Below are positions 54,300 to 55,527 of a DNA stretch of 55,527 nt, piece by piece. The position numbers and the translations under genes were made by a program. Numbering within the stretch: the first letter of the stretch is position 1; each line of letters begins with the position of its first letter. Below the pieces are notes generated by a model that saw nothing but the letters and a program-made list of their open reading frames with translations, did no database searches and was not told where the DNA came from. This DNA comes from Patescibacteria group bacterium (GTDB taxonomy: Bacteria; Patescibacteriota; Patescibacteriia; UBA1558; UBA10009), in assembly GCA_018818425.1 (NCBI GenBank), contig JAHISB010000043.1, positions 1 to 55,527 of the forward strand. Reading direction: 5' to 3'.

Positions 54300-55373
54300 C
54301 TATTTATTCAACGCTTCTTTAAAAACTTTAGAATTTTTAGCATGCTTAACGGCCTCTTCGGCGCTAATCTCCCCTTGATGGACCAGCTCTAAAAGCGACC
54401 GTTCCAGACTGATCATTCCTTCGGCTCTGGAAGTTTGGATAATGCTGTCCAGCTGGGCAAAACGGCCCTCTTTAATTAAAGCCTGGCTGGAGGGCGTCTG
54501 GGTTAAAATCTCCACGGCCAGCGCCATGCCTCCGGAAACTTTAGGAATTAATTTTTGAACAATAACGCCCACCAATAATTCAGCTAACACATTTTTGGCC
54601 CACGTTGCCTTTTCGTTAGCAAACTCGCTAACCATGCCGTTAAAAGCCGAGGTTACTGAATCATAATCTAAAATAGCTATCACCAGCCGGCCGGAGTTGC
54701 CTAACTCTAAAAGCGCCTCCAAGCTCTTGGCCGCAGGCACGCGAGACACCGCCACTATATCCACGTCCTCGTCCTTTATTGACTCCAGGCCCTCGGCAAA
54801 GCTGGAAACATCTAAACCCACTTCCCGCTGTTCGATAATGCTTTTGTGGCTGACAAAAAGCTGTTCGATGGGCTCTTCTAAATAAAGGATGTGCTCCGCT
54901 CTGGTTTGGTTGATGTGCTGGATTATCGCCGCCACCGTAGCGCTTCTGCCGGAATTATAAGGTCCGGAAATAAACAAAAAGCCCTTGGTCTGCTGGATAA
55001 AATTATTTATAATCTTGGGCAGGCCCAGCTCGGCTAAGGTTTTGATTTCATTGGAAATTAGTTTTAAAGAAACGCTGAAAAAACCTTTCTGCTGAAAAAT
55101 ATGGACCCTAAAACGGGCTTTGCCCAGCCAATCGTAAACAAATTTCAGCTCTTTTCTTTCTTTAATAAATTCTTTTTTATCTTCGGCAACAAAAAAATTA
55201 ATGATGGCCTCCATAGTCTGGGGGTTGATCAGCCCTTCTTCGGCCAGCGGCAGCAGCTGGTCTTTAACTCTGACATACGGATAGTTGCCGATAACAAAAT
55301 GAATATCTGTCGCTTTTCTTTCTGCGACAGTATTCAAAATTCTATTGATAGTCAAAGTCTCGGTAGTGGACAT
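54300..55373 (-). CDS. pilT: PilT-like hexameric ATPase homolog with degenerate catalytic motifs
   Basis: 357 aa, collinear with PilT. However, Walker A is GPYNSGRS (54942-54965), the Walker B region is DIVAVSRVPA and the His box is AILDYD. Confidence 0.8.
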   Translation of the reverse strand: MSTTETLTINRILNTVAERKATDIHFVIGNYPYVRVKDQLLPLAEEGLINPQTMEAIINFFVAEDKKEFIKERKELKFVYDWLGKARFRVHIFQQKGFFSVSLKLISNEIKTLAELGLPKIINNFIQQTKGFLFISGPYNSGRSATVAAIIQHINQTRAEHILYLEEPIEQLFVSHKSIIEQREVGLDVSSFAEGLESIKDEDVDIVAVSRVPAAKSLEALLELGNSGRLVIAILDYDSVTSAFNGMVSEFANEKATWAKNVLAELLVGVIVQKLIPKVSGGMALAVEILTQTPSSQALIKEGRFAQLDSIIQTSRAEGMISLERSLLELVHQGEISAEEAVKHAKNSKVFKEALNK

Positions 55374-55392
55374 AATAAAAATCTTTGGATAA

Positions 55393-55526
55393 ATCCCGCA
55401 CCTTCCTGCGGGGTATTTGACCCCGCAGGAAGGAATTATTTAATTCCCCTTCATCCCCGCAGCATCATGCCAAAGGCAGATTCGCCTATGGCGAAAGCTG
55501 CGGGGTATTCGGGGAAGGTGCGGGAT
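55393..55526. repeat. About 134-bp nested-hairpin element bounded by 12-bp inverted repeats, upstream of pilT
   Basis: ATCCCGCACCTT (55393-55404) pairs with AAGGTGCGGGAT (55515-55526). Inner perfect 13-bp stem: CCTTCCTGCGGGG (55401-55413) with CCCCGCAGGAAGG (55421-55433). Second stem: CCCCGCAGC (55455-55463) with GCTGCGGGG (55497-55505). The element reaches the window edge. Confidence 0.65.
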
Positions 55527-55527
55527 A

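Overview
This 55.5-kb window is AT-rich and almost entirely coded on the minus strand. By gene content and style it looks like a Candidate Phyla Radiation / Patescibacteria-type bacterium; that lineage call is inference only. Standard genetic code: long ORFs close on TAA, TAG and TGA.

Gene content, left to right:
- An S51 peptidase, then a membrane-protein gene split by one in-frame TAA.
- An HTH-Doc toxin-antitoxin cassette sitting at the 3' end of a UvrD-type helicase fused to a Cas4/AddB-type Fe-S nuclease.
- A complete F1Fo ATP synthase operon (atpZ-like, B, E, F, H, A, G, D ... C). It is interrupted between atpD and atpC by an AT-rich GIY-YIG cassette and followed by a beta-carbonic-anhydrase-like gene.
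- Housekeeping genes: rmuC, tatD, cvpA, metG, rsmI, an AI-2E transporter, an M16 peptidase, glyQS, a membrane-anchored Clp/Hsp100 ATPase, three small ORFs, tgt, a large surface protein, recO, an IS200/RAYT-like Y1 transposase, ileS, a MerR regulator and ligA.
- A type IV pilus locus: PilX/W/V/FimT-like minor pilins, pilD, four pilins, pilC and a pilT-like gene. It is split by a roughly 6.7-kb island carrying three GT-C membrane glycosyltransferases, a frameshifted methyltransferase and a second RAYT-like gene.

The most unusual layer is non-genic. Nearly every intercistronic junction carries its own short-word (7-9 nt) tandem or dyad repeat. This includes a five-locus family of 8-nt GARCAYKR arrays, a REP-like palindrome family linked to the RAYT, and several cases where such elements sit in-frame inside genes (tgt, the helicase, both RAYTs, pilin leaders).

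By eye I found no rRNA, tRNA or CRISPR array. All coordinates were hand-derived and checked against the ORF track where possible.
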